Positions 26,939 to 38,316 of a stretch of DNA of 64,000 nucleotides are shown here, one piece after another; the stretch's first letter is position 1; every line of letters starts with the position of its first letter. The DNA comes from Macrostomum hystrix (Eukaryota; Animalia; Platyhelminthes), in contig CATNEN010000038.1 in NCBI GenBank assembly GCA_950097015.1, positions 25,482,001 to 25,546,000 of the forward strand, read 5' to 3'. The position numbers and the translations under genes are program-made. The notes beneath the pieces were generated by a model, which was given only the letters and a program-made list of their open reading frames with translations, did no database searches and was not told where the DNA came from.

Positions 26939-29900
26939 TCACTTGTTAGTGAGCTCCAAGAACAGTTTCCTAGCAGATCCGCCACGCAGCAGCAGTACAT
27001 TGTTAACCTGACTGTGAAAGTCTCGCATTAGCCTAGCATCCGAGCCTTCCAATGATAGGCAGTGAAAATTGCCACTCAAACTGGTGCTACCGAATCCGGC
27101 TCCGGGCGAAGTGGCGCTCCTATAATAGAGCTGGGCGGTGGCCTTTGAACTGCTGGATCTCTCTTCGATTTGACAGCCGCCAATAGATTCCCAGCTGTAG
27201 TTGCTGGGACTGCGCTTAGAGAACAGCTTGGCCTTGCCACCCAGATGATCCAGCACTATACAGTCTCCGCTAACGCTAAGCATCACATCGCGGTTAATAA
27301 CGCCCCGCAGCTGCAGTCGATATTGACGCAGTGCCAGACTATCGAGTAGATCTGGCTGCTGCTGCTGCTTCTGCTGCTGCGGCTGGGGCAGGCTTTGTAA
27401 CTGGGCGTAGCCGCTTAGACCAGACGAAGAGGCGTCAACAATACTATTGGCTTTGTTATTTGCAGTAGGCTGGACTAAATTTAAACCGTCCGGTTGAGCG
27501 ACGCCGAATGGCGGCATCGAGTCGGCTCCTGACTGGGCGGTGCCCTGCGCCGGTGTACTGTTGTCCCGCACCTGAGAGAGGGCAACGAGTACGAGGATTA
27601 ACTAGGCTGAATCTGTTTTATTAACCTCTGCTGAAATGATCCCTGACAAGATGGGATGATCCACACAGCGTTTCATGATCCCACACAGCCTTGGATGATC
27701 CCACATAGGATTAAATGATCCCCAAACATCCTAAGTTTAATTCTATGTTTTAATTCTAACCCAATCCTAACAGTCCTTTGTCGCGTCCCTAAGTGAACCT
27801 ACGTGTCCATAACAGCCACAGGCAATGTACAAAGCCTAGCAAAATATCCGACTAGCTAGAAGCAATTCTGTCCAACAGCATCCTAGCAAACTCACCAGAA
27901 TGAAGGACGTTGTGCCAGCGTCGCCAAGCGGCGTGTCCAACGGCACCTGAACGCTGACATCGTCGGCCCGACGCAGGGCGTACTTATGCCCGCGGTGCTC
28001 CTTGAGCTTGCGTCGCCTAACAATCTTTTCTAATAGGCTGGAAACAGGCAATGAGCGATCCAATTGCATTGTGGTGAAGCCCTGTGGCAGGGTGACGTGG
28101 ACAATCAGCTGGTTGGACTGACGCCTGAGATGCTGATTTAGTAGATGATTCTGCTGCTGTTGCTGCTGCTCCAGCTGTTGCTGATGCTGAGACGCCGTAC
28201 CGTGCCTGTGCTTTTGCACTACAGCCAGAGTGCTAAAATCGTACTTATAAATTCTGTCGCGTTTCTCTAATGGCGGAAAATCGGCGTCCAAATCGTCCGT
28301 CTCCTCGTACATAAAAAGATCCAAGTCGTCAACGCTGATGTCAGCTGGCAGGGGCGGTTGTCGGCCGTCGAGGGTGTACTTGTAGCAGGCCAGGCCAATG
28401 AACTGCTCAACGGTGGTGTCTCTTATTGGCGTAGCCTCAACTGGCTTAGCTCGGTCCAGATCATGAAAATAGACCCGGATCCGGCGCAGGCCCTGCCGGC
28501 TGACGCTGACTTCAAACTGGGAGAACTCGGTGAAGGGATTCTGCACTACGGACTCGGCGTTGTCGGCGAGGCGTCTTTTGAGTGAATGATTTTTAGAGGA
28601 TGAAATTAGAGCTTAAGAACAAGATAGTTTATAAAATTGTTAGTTTTTACTAATAGTGTCCTTCAGTGCCTGATGTTACTTTTAGTGCATCAGGTTACCT
28701 TCAGCACCTGAGGTTACCTTCAGTACCTCAGGTTACCTTCAGTACCTCAGATGACCTTAAGCTACTCAGGTGACCTTCAGCTACTCAGGTGACCTTCAGC
28801 TACTCAGGTGACCTTCAGCTACTCAGCTGACCTTCAGCTACTCAGCTGACCTTCAGCTACTCAGGTGACCTTCAGTTATTCAGGAGATTCAAGGCAAATT
28901 TGTCAAATCAGCGTCTCTCCCTACCTAGCCAATAAAGACAGGCGCTTCGCAACTCCATTGGCCTGCTGTTCGAAGCGATTTCTAATCGGCGACGCCGGCA
29001 AATCTTCTGAAATGGCAATGTCGGCTTCCAATTTACTGTTAGCCTCCGGTGGCGGCGCCGGAAACAGATAATCCACGTCGCTCTCCGTTAATCCGGAAAC
29101 ATCGTCGCTCCATTCGACGGCTACAGCGGCCTTCTTCTCTTTCTGTCGCTCCTCCCTGGCTGCAGACACTCGCATCTGGGTTGTGGACTTCTTGCGCGAT
29201 GGAACCTGTCCGACCTCCAGCTTGGGCGGTATGATGTCCGGCGAATGGGCCTCGCCAGCCAATGAGGCCTGGATCCGGGGTAGAGAGCGATGGAACTAAT
29301 CTAGTACCTACAGCCAAAAAAGCTTTTAAAGCATAAAATCAGCAACCCTGGCGATCGGATAAGGAAATCGAAAAAAACTGGTAGAATTTGCCTAGAGAAG
29401 GATATATAATTATTCCATAGAATCTGCCCAGACATTGAATCAGACGACTTCGAAGAATCCGCTTAGTAAGGGAATCGGACCAATCCATAGAATCTGCCCA
29501 GACTTGGAATCAGACGAATCCGAAGAATCCGCTTAGTAAGGGAATCGGACCAATCCATAGAATCTGCCCAGACTTGGAATCAGACGAATCCGAAGAATCC
29601 GCTTAGTAAGGGAATCGGACCAATCCATAGAATCTGCCCAAACTTGGAATCAGACGAATCCGAAGAATCCGCTTAGTCAGGGAATCGGACCAATCCATAG
29701 AATTTGCCCAGACATGGAATCAGACGAATCCGAAGAATCCGCTTAGTCAGGGAATCGGACCAATCCATAGAGTCTGCCCAAACATGGAATCGGACGAATC
29801 CGAAAAAACCGCTTAGTAAGGGAATCGGACCAATCCATAGAATCTGCCCAAACATGGAATCGGACGAATCCGAAAAATCCGCTTAGTAAGGGAATTGGAC

Positions 29901-30302
29901 CAATCCATAGAATCTGCTCAGACATGGAATCGGACCAATCGATAGAATTTCCCCAGACATGGAATCAGGCGAATACAAAGAATCCATCCAGCCAGGGAAT
30001 CGGACCAATCCATAGAATCTGCCCAGACAGGGAGTTCAAAGATACCAGCATCTGTTCCTCACCTGAGAGTCAGTAGCAGAGAGAGCTCCAGTAGTTAGTG
30101 GCCCAAACGGATCAGGCTGTTCGCTAAGTGAAGTCTGAGAGTCGCCGCCAATTCCGCATGGCGGACTCAGCAAGGCCAGAACCTCTTCATCGCAGACTCG
30201 AATCCGATCAATGAGCAATTCGCAGACCCCTGTATCGTCGCCACCAACAAATGCAGCCCGTAGTTGGGTCAGCAAAAATGCGGTATTGTCGCAGGAAACC
30301 AT
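26939..30302 (-). CDS. MAPKAP1: TORC2 subunit SIN1/MAPKAP1; exons 30302-30063, 29268-28925, 28574-27896, 27571-26939 (~631 aa)
   Basis: N-terminal DNTAFLLTQLRAAFVGGDDTGVCELLI (SIN1 N motif DDTGMCE); CRIM region NPFTEFSQF...VEQFIGLACYKY...DADFPPL; RBD-like FILVRDNS; C-terminal PH-like region. All splice phases are consistent (0,2,0). The stop overlaps a possible donor (AA|GTGAGC), so a short extra exon is possible. Confidence 0.92.
28690..28882 (+). repeat. 19-bp minisatellite (GGTGACCTTCAGCTACTCA) in SIN1 intron 2
   Basis: About 10 tandem units. Confidence 0.85.
29415..30030 (+). repeat. 70-bp minisatellite in SIN1 intron 1, ~8-9 copies
   Basis: GCTTAGT recurs at 29461, 29531, 29601, 29671, 29741, 29811 and 29881. 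Confidence 0.92.
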
Positions 30303-30904
30303 TCGTTAGTGAACTTTGGGTTTAAAAAAATAGAAACAATATTTTAGCTAAGCTGGGACTCCTGTCTCTAAGGAATCCAGGATATTCTGAAAACAATTAA
30401 GATGATTTAATAATGGGCTTTAAAAAATGATAATAAATAATGTGACAAATACTTCATGAAGAGTTTTGTAGCATAGCTAAAAGTATTTTTGTAGCATTTG
30501 CTTTTTTGTAGAAAAAATTGCTTAGAAAGATTTAAAAAAGTTAAAAAACACAATTGTGCAGATGATAAGTACAAATTTCATAGACTAGAGTTGGTAACAT
30601 TGCCAAGATGGGTGTGTGTGGTTCCTTGGCAAGATTTTTCTTTCAGCAGAAGTGAATTGAGAAAAGAGAACACGTGTAAGAACAGTGTGTTTAGATTAGA
30701 CAAGTCAAGTCAGTAAGCCAATAATATTTGTAACTGAAGTGTCTTTCCACTAGAAAACAAATTATATTCATTTACTACCATGATACAAAGACATAATAAA
30801 ATACATAGAAAGTCATTCATAGAATAAAAACTAATAAGGAGAGAACTTTAAAAGCATTATAATGAATTTTTTATATGGAGAGGAAATCTATAATAAATGA
30901 GCAT

Positions 30905-31231
30905 TAGGGTAATGTATCATCAACCGAACAGTGTATTTTCAAAACGGAACAAGAATTTTGACTTCTTCCTTGGTCTCGTGCAAGACAGAAACAAGCTATT
31001 GTGTTTCACAGAACAACTAATTTGAAAGTTGAAGAAATTATCTACAAGCTGAGGCATGATGTGCAATGAAGCATTAAGAGGAAAGAGAGATATTGATGCT
31101 TCAGTAGAATTTTTTATTGCAAAAGCATACTTTTTAACAACATTTTTAGTATGTACTTTAGACGAAGATTGTATGTGGTTGCTTGCCAATTAAATGACCA
31201 TAAATGTAGTTATTTATAGAGCATGAAAAAT
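30905..31231 (+). mobile_element. 3'-truncated copy of the 23385 MITE
   Basis: ~327 bp near-identical to 23385-23712, same orientation. Confidence 0.85.
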
Positions 31232-33564
31232 AGAGCGATATCTACCTAGATATCTACCAGGTCAACATGGTAGATATCTCACAAGATGGAGAAGCTAAAA
31301 TATCTAGTTAAACAGCAGAAAATGAAGTAGGCCTAAGAGTTGAACAAGCAGAAGAAAAAAACGAAAAAAATAATAAAATAAGTTAAAATGACAAAAGCTA
31401 TTGCTTGCTAGTCAGCAGCAGTAGCATAGGGGGGGCCTAGCCTCTAGACTGCTAATCCATATGCCAAGGAACTAAGTGGTCAAGGTCTGATAGACAATTG
31501 CAACAAACATAGGCATTCTACTCACACCCAGGTGACCTATGTGCTATCTCAAGGAGGAGCAACATCACAAAATGCAACTGAAGTCTAGAGGCTACAAGAT
31601 CCTGAAAGTGCAACTGCACACTAGCCATCATAGGCCTAGTTAATGTTTATATAGGCCTAACTATAATCAGTAAGCCAATAATATTAGTAGCTTATATAAA
31701 TCAATTAAAAACACTATTAAAACAAACTCAAACTCAATACCGAACAGTTGACAAAAAAGACAGTTGATGAAAAGTCTGTTGACTGAAAGACTGTTCACCA
31801 ATTTAGTGTCTTGCTAGGCCTACTTAGATACAAGTACTTATTTACTATTAAGATAAAGACCTAATGATGATACGGGCTACAACTATATAGTAAATAGTAT
31901 AGATACTTTATTGGCCTAGCTAGTAATAAGTAGAAAATTACTAAATTAAAATCGCTCTATTTTTACTTTTTTTAAACAGAGTTATTATGCCTGCTTACTG
32001 AATTACTTACTGTAGGATCTGTGATAATAGTGCGAGATTTTCTTGCCACATTTGAATGCGCGAATTTACTGTAAATTTCCATGTTTACATTGAAATTCGC
32101 GATGTAATTTTGTAATAGTATTATATGGCATTCGTACTGTACTTCCTGTTATCTACTGTAATTTACTGTATTCGTGTTTGTTTTAATGTTTGTTACTCAA
32201 ATACTGCACGGGCTGAATAGGCCTATTCGAGAATCGTAGTACCCTATAGTACGAGTGCTGCACGTAATCGCGAACCCTTACTCTGTACGCTGATTGGCTC
32301 AGCTTATATTTAAATACACTCAACTGTGATTGGCGGCCTATGACCCGTGCGGCTGGCGTCTAAGTGAAAGCTAAGTTCAAGTTTACATTTATTGCGAGTC
32401 CATTTTAGCCTGAAATTTCTGCCTTATTGTTTAGTTTACAGCAAATCGAAAGTATCAAATGTTTGTTAATTGCCGTAAGCTAATTAAACTTTTCCGGAAT
32501 ATTAAGCTATGTTATATATTATGTTATGTTATGTATAAGTTTGGCAAGCAGTATGCGCCCTACTTTCGCGTAGTTTTTACGCGCGTAATGAATGCTGCAT
32601 AATGCATTAATTTATTAATGTTGCATTAAAAATGTAAAAGTGCTTAAAAATGTAAAAACTCCTTGCGTACGAGTTTATTATTCTAGAAGTTCGCGGGCAT
32701 TGAGCGCGTGGGTCTCAAGCTTAAAAAACAGCCGTCGCATGTTTTCTTCTTAATGCATTTTCTTAATAAACTTAACCAAACATAACATAACTCAACTTAA
32801 ATACACACATTAATTCGCTCACCTTCCATTCACTTCATTCAACTTCACTGAACTCTCAATACTTCATTATGCAGCAGCAATATTACCTCTGGATATTTAC
32901 TTTAGTCTCTATCATAAAAAATGGAAATTTAGTGAAGCCCAACATATGCAGGTCAACTCGAACCAAAAAGACTGAAAATCATTAGCTGGTCGATCAAGTC
33001 GACTATAGAAACGACGAGACATCTCATCCCAGTCGTCCAATTATATGGTCCGTTTCCAGCTTGAAGGACTAAAGTGCACAGCAATAGATCCACTATAAGA
33101 CCCACAAAGTTAAACACTTGGATTTCCAAGTGTTGAATATGAAGGCTTAGATCGAGAATTTGTTGTCCTTTACAACGTTCTCCAATACATGAAATGCATC
33201 GATAATGTGAGGGTTCAGGAGGTTCTGATCGACAGTTCTGCTGGAGACTCGTAACGTGTTTTTGAGTCGCTCACTGCATGCAGCCGAACTATACCCTCCC
33301 ATTTAAGTGCTATAAGTTTTATCAGCACATGCCTCCAAAAATGGTGGTACACTCGAAGGTTTGGCCCGTGCAGAGCTGCACAAGTCGAAAAACTGTGCCA
33401 TAAAATACCCATTTTATAACACATACATTTAAAAGCCGTGGTGTATCTTCAACGCAAAATGACATTGGGTAGGTAAGCGGGCAGGACGCGTTTAAGTAAT
33501 GACCACCCTAGGCGCCAATAATGCAAAATAATGCATTTAGCAATGCATGAATAATGCATTGTAA

Positions 33565-33956
33565 TGTATTAATAATACATTATAATCTATTAATAATACA
33601 TTATAATCCATTAATAATACATTATAATCTATTAATAATACATTATAATCTATTAATAATACATTATAATCTATTAATAATACATTATAATCTATTAATA
33701 ATACATTATAATCTATTAATAATACATTATAATCTATTAATAATACATTATAATCTATTAATAATACATTATAATCTATTAATAATACATTATAATCTAT
33801 TAATAATACATTATAATCTATTAATAATACATTATAATCTATTAATAATACATTATAATCTATTAATAATGCATTATAATATATTGTAGTGCATTATAAT
33901 CTAGCAATAATGCATTATAATCTATAAATAATCCATTATAATCAATGCATTATAAT
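33565..33956 (+). repeat. Left subterminal array, 21-bp unit (ATAATACATTATAATCTATTA)
   Basis: About 17 units directly inside the left TIR, grading into TAATGCATT motifs. Confidence 0.9.
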
Positions 33957-35114
33957 TTTTATCGAAAGGCGGAATTGTTTAGGCCACTTACTTACAAGAA
34001 GCTTGACTTCAATTTCAAGGGTCTAGTGTCAAGTGCATGCCTAAATACATATGCAAGCTTCTAACCGTCTTTGCTAATAATTGTACTTAGCTTGTCAGTT
34101 ACGTAAATCCCATGTCAGAGCATTACACTAGATATTAAAATTCAGATATTTATGCCTAGACATGCACTTCTAAATAATATAAAACATATGAAAAAGAACC
34201 GGATCATTCTACTTCCATCTATACATGTTTAGTTCAGCAGACTATGATGCTGGAGGACACAAAATCAGTGATTAACAGTGATATGTTTGTTGGCACTTAT
34301 TCATGTATAATTGTATATAATATAATATTATTGTGATTATATAAATACATTAATGTGATTATCATTGAAGAGAAAATTAAAAAAAGTTCAATCAAAATGA
34401 ATATTACACATAAAAGCAACTAGCGCTTGCATGGGAAAACCTGATTACTTCAGTAATCATTGCTGCCAAGAGTCACATTTGCATAAAGTGAAAATGCAGT
34501 CACTGATGCTAAATTGCAAGTGTAAGCAGCTTAGACAAAGTTAGTTTACAACGATTGTACATCGCATGGTTTCAATATATAGAAATTTGAGGAAATTATG
34601 AGAATTTATAGAACATGTAGCACAAAATTTCCTTTACTTAAGTAAACAGGCAATTTAAAACATTTTTTTCTATGATTCAGCTGCTAAAGCAACAAAGGAC
34701 CAACGGAAAAATTAACTTAAAATAACTATACACGCAAAAAGTAAATGCAGCCTGATTGCACGAAGCAGTTAAGAATGAACGTATACGCTTGCAGAATATT
34801 TCAGGAATATTTCAGCCCTGAAACAAAATGCATAAAAAGGACAACGAAAGTAGCACATGAGCGCATGGAAGGATTTTGAGTATCAACACATTTTTTTCTC
34901 TGAATATACAGAAAAATGCACGTGAAAACAGAGCACCTAAATAAATTGCATGATTAGCAATATATAAAAATAGCCTGATATTAGAGTACGAGATGATCGC
35001 AGAACAGACACATGGACTTCAATTGATAATTGAGATATTTGAGAAATTGAGTATTGTGAGCGAATGCAGAAAAATAGGACCGGAGAAATAAAGAAACAGT
35101 CTTCAATGCACCAC

Positions 35115-37617
35115 CTAGTCATGCTCGCTCTCTTCCAACATAGGTACCAGAGAAAAAAAACTACCTACACCACGCAGATGATTGAGATCAATCTTTATGC
35201 AGCGCGACTGAATCATTGAAGACGGAAACCATTCAATCCCATCATTGCGGGCATTTCTGTTGAACATTTCGTAGCGCAGCGACGGCTTGGAACGAGCTGC
35301 TGCTAGAACTGGCCGAGTAAACAGCGGGAAGAGGACACTTTGAAGCGTTCCCACTGAGTCTAGTATTGATCCTAGAAAACTCTGGCCACCTGGACAGACT
35401 TCCCTGATCAGAGAAAAGCGACCATCCTTCAGGTAGACGAACGAGGAGCATGTCTTGAAGTTGGTCTCGTGCCCATGTGCGAAGACTGCTTGTCCATTTA
35501 CCACTATGCAGTCCCTTGGTAGCGATGTATCAGCGATTGCAGATGTAAATGCCTCGTAAGCGGTGAATTCAGAGTGTTGAAAGGAATTAACCAATGAACT
35601 GTACCAAAAAAAAACGCTCGGCAATCTGCTCGGCTTGATAGCGAGTACCAGAAAACATGTGCTTGAAATGCAGCATCGCACCTTCGAATGGAAACATTGA
35701 GTAAGAAGATATTGGTCCAAACTCGCGGCACTGATTCCCCATGTGCTCCAACAGATGGAAGTTCAATCGATGTACCTCCTCTGAAAAGACTTCAGCTGCA
35801 CTCTCCATGAAAGCAGTGGTGAGCAACTGAACCTGCTCAAATCCGGCATTGCTGTACATGAAATGGTAGACTGCGATTAGGCAGAAAATGAGCTCCCGGT
35901 GTAAACCATTCTGTTGAGCCAGCAGCAAAGGAATCCACAAGTACAGGGAAAACAACTTAAAATCCTTCGCCTTCCAGAGACTCAATCTTGCCAGGGTAGG
36001 CGGCCGATGAATTCCATGTGGAAACTTTAGATTTTCAAGCAATGAATCAACAACTTCGCGAACAGAACGACCGATGAAAAACTCCTCGTGGCGGTTCTTG
36101 CCGTCAGTTGACATTGTTAGCAGAAGCTTGACCTGGCCCTCGAAAAATGCATGCATTCCGTCAATTATGAAGTTTGCTGGGAAACTGATACGCTTACACA
36201 GCGGTGACACTCCAGTTACGCCAAAAATGCTCTTTAGGCCCGACTGTTCAAGGAAGCGCACACATTCGAGATGAAATGCAGTTGTTCGGAGCGGACACTG
36301 GGAATTTGGGGCAAACACCCAGAGCCCAGTTCGCAGACTTTTGCCAGGGTTGAGGCACTTAGGACAGGAGAATTCTCCATTGAACTGCTTTATGCAGAAC
36401 AGTGAGGCGAGAGCTGGGAGATCACTTACAATGAAAGAGAAATGCAGGTGCACTGAAAATCTGCCATATTCAACCAGTGTAGGCAGCTTGTTGAGAATTG
36501 CAGGCAGACATTGGCGAAAGTTGGGCTTCTGTTTAGCGGAAACCAGTGCAAGCAAAATGATGTTTCGAAACAATTTCCTCTTGCCAGGAGGAAGATTCAG
36601 AAGGATTGCTGTCAGAGGCCATATCTGCACGTCAGAATTTTCCCAAAATGAAGCTCCATCTGCATTAAGCAAAAAATACATGTGTAGGTTAGTACCAGAG
36701 CTTCGCTCGAGGTTTTCTGCTACATCGGAGTTAAGGACATCAGTGTACATGCCACTGCTCATCTCGCGCTCGTACTCCAAAAGCACCTCCAACTGTGAGT
36801 CCAAGATGTTCTCGATCTGGCCTTGCACATTCGTAATCACGACGGTAGTGGCCAAGTCTTCATGTTCACGGCAGCCAGCCTTTTCACAAACCAGACACAG
36901 ACGAGCAGAGGTAAATGAATGACAGAAGAAATTTTTCACTCGCGTTTTCATTTGCTTTGCAGACTTTGGCAAATTTCTATCCGGAATGTGGCTTAGGAGG
37001 AGGAGTAGTCGATTCATAGCAGCATCGCTACAGTTCTCGTTAAGCTGCCACAGCCGCAAAAGAGAAGCAACGGTGCACTCGTCTTCAAGTGAATGCTGCA
37101 GAATGAGATGCCTCTCTTGAAAAACAGAGAGTGGCAGGAGTGGCTCTGCTGCTCCTTGGGCTGACACCGTTGAATGCAATCGTTGAGATGTCATTGGCAC
37201 TGAGGCACCAGCAGACGCATGGTCAGATGACGACGACGATGACGACAGGGCCGATCCTGTCGCCGATGACACAGAGGCACTGGCCGATCCTGTCGCCGAT
37301 GACACAGAGGCCCTGGCCGATCCTGTCGCCGATGACACAGAGGCACTGGCCGATCCTGTCGCCGATGACACAGAGGCACTGGCCGATCCTGTCGCCGATG
37401 ACACAGAGGCACTAGCCGATCCTGTCGCCGATGACACAGAGGCACTAGCCGATCCTGTCGCCGATGACACAGAGGCACTAGCCGATCCTGTCGCCGATGA
37501 CACAGAGGCACTAGCCGATCCTGTTGCCGATGACACAGAGGCACTGGCCGATCCTGTCGCCGATGACACAGAGGCACTGGCCGATCCTGTCGCCGATGTC
37601 TTCTGGATGTGCTGCAT
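35115..37617 (-). pseudogene. EnSpm/CACTA-type transposase (~833 aa if one base in the A9 run at 35606-35614 is removed); frameshifted as assembled
   Basis: Motifs LPKS, CxxC, LNADG...IWP...NLPP, SDLPA...QFNGEFSCPKC, GVTGVSPL, IDGMH..FEG, WKAKDFK, NFHLLEH...FGP...SMFPFEG. The ORF 35587-37671 continues as ORF 35115-~35610 (ERFF-WYSSL). Likely start gccaccATG at 37617; 33-bp SATGSASASVS repeat near the N-terminus. Confidence 0.9.
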
Positions 37618-38316
37618 GGTGGCTGCTGCAGAGTAAGAAAAGTAGCATTTGTACATACATTTACTATTCATTTAACACCCATCACTACTTTCAGTCAACA
37701 CTTGCTCTCAATATACAATGCAGGCGATTTAGAATACATGTCATTGCCATCTTTTATACAGTGCTATCGCAGTAGCTATATACAATGGCCGACACTTATG
37801 TGAACTGAAGACTGAAGAAAAATTCTTTTCCTTACTATAAACTCTATATACTTAAGTAAAGGATTTAAATCAGACATTTATGTGCAAAGGCCCAAAATAG
37901 TTTGCATCAGTTATCTTATCCATGCTGACTCTGCAGTTATGATCATGTGCATCCCTTGATATTTCTCATATCTAACCAGAGAAGTATAGATGAGCAGCCC
38001 TATTAGTAACTGCCATTGTTATGTTGACACTAGAAAAAAACAATTCATTTATTATACCTTAGACAAAACTTAACGCCACTAAATATTATCTTAAGCAACA
38101 CACAGAAGTACATTAAACAAGCAGAAAGTAATAACTCGAAGACAAAATTCCAAAAGTCAATGATTGCCATTTTTTTATTTCCACAAAAAATATCAACCCA
38201 CACAATGCTTAGGCTCAACATTAACATATAATTAATACACTGCCTTCCATAAAAATAAAAAAATTAAACAATGCACTTCCCACCGTTGTAAATCAACCCA
38301 ATATAATCCAGGGACC

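Noticed and set aside
32860-33480. Possible decayed coding sequence left of the transposon (e.g. GFPSVEYEGLDREFVVLYNVLQYMK)
   Set aside because: Stops in all frames, no recognisable family, and no consistent splice model.
33554-33889. ORF (HYNLLII)n, and similar ORFs at 43690-44267 and 44447-45179
   Set aside because: Translations of subterminal or minisatellite repeats.
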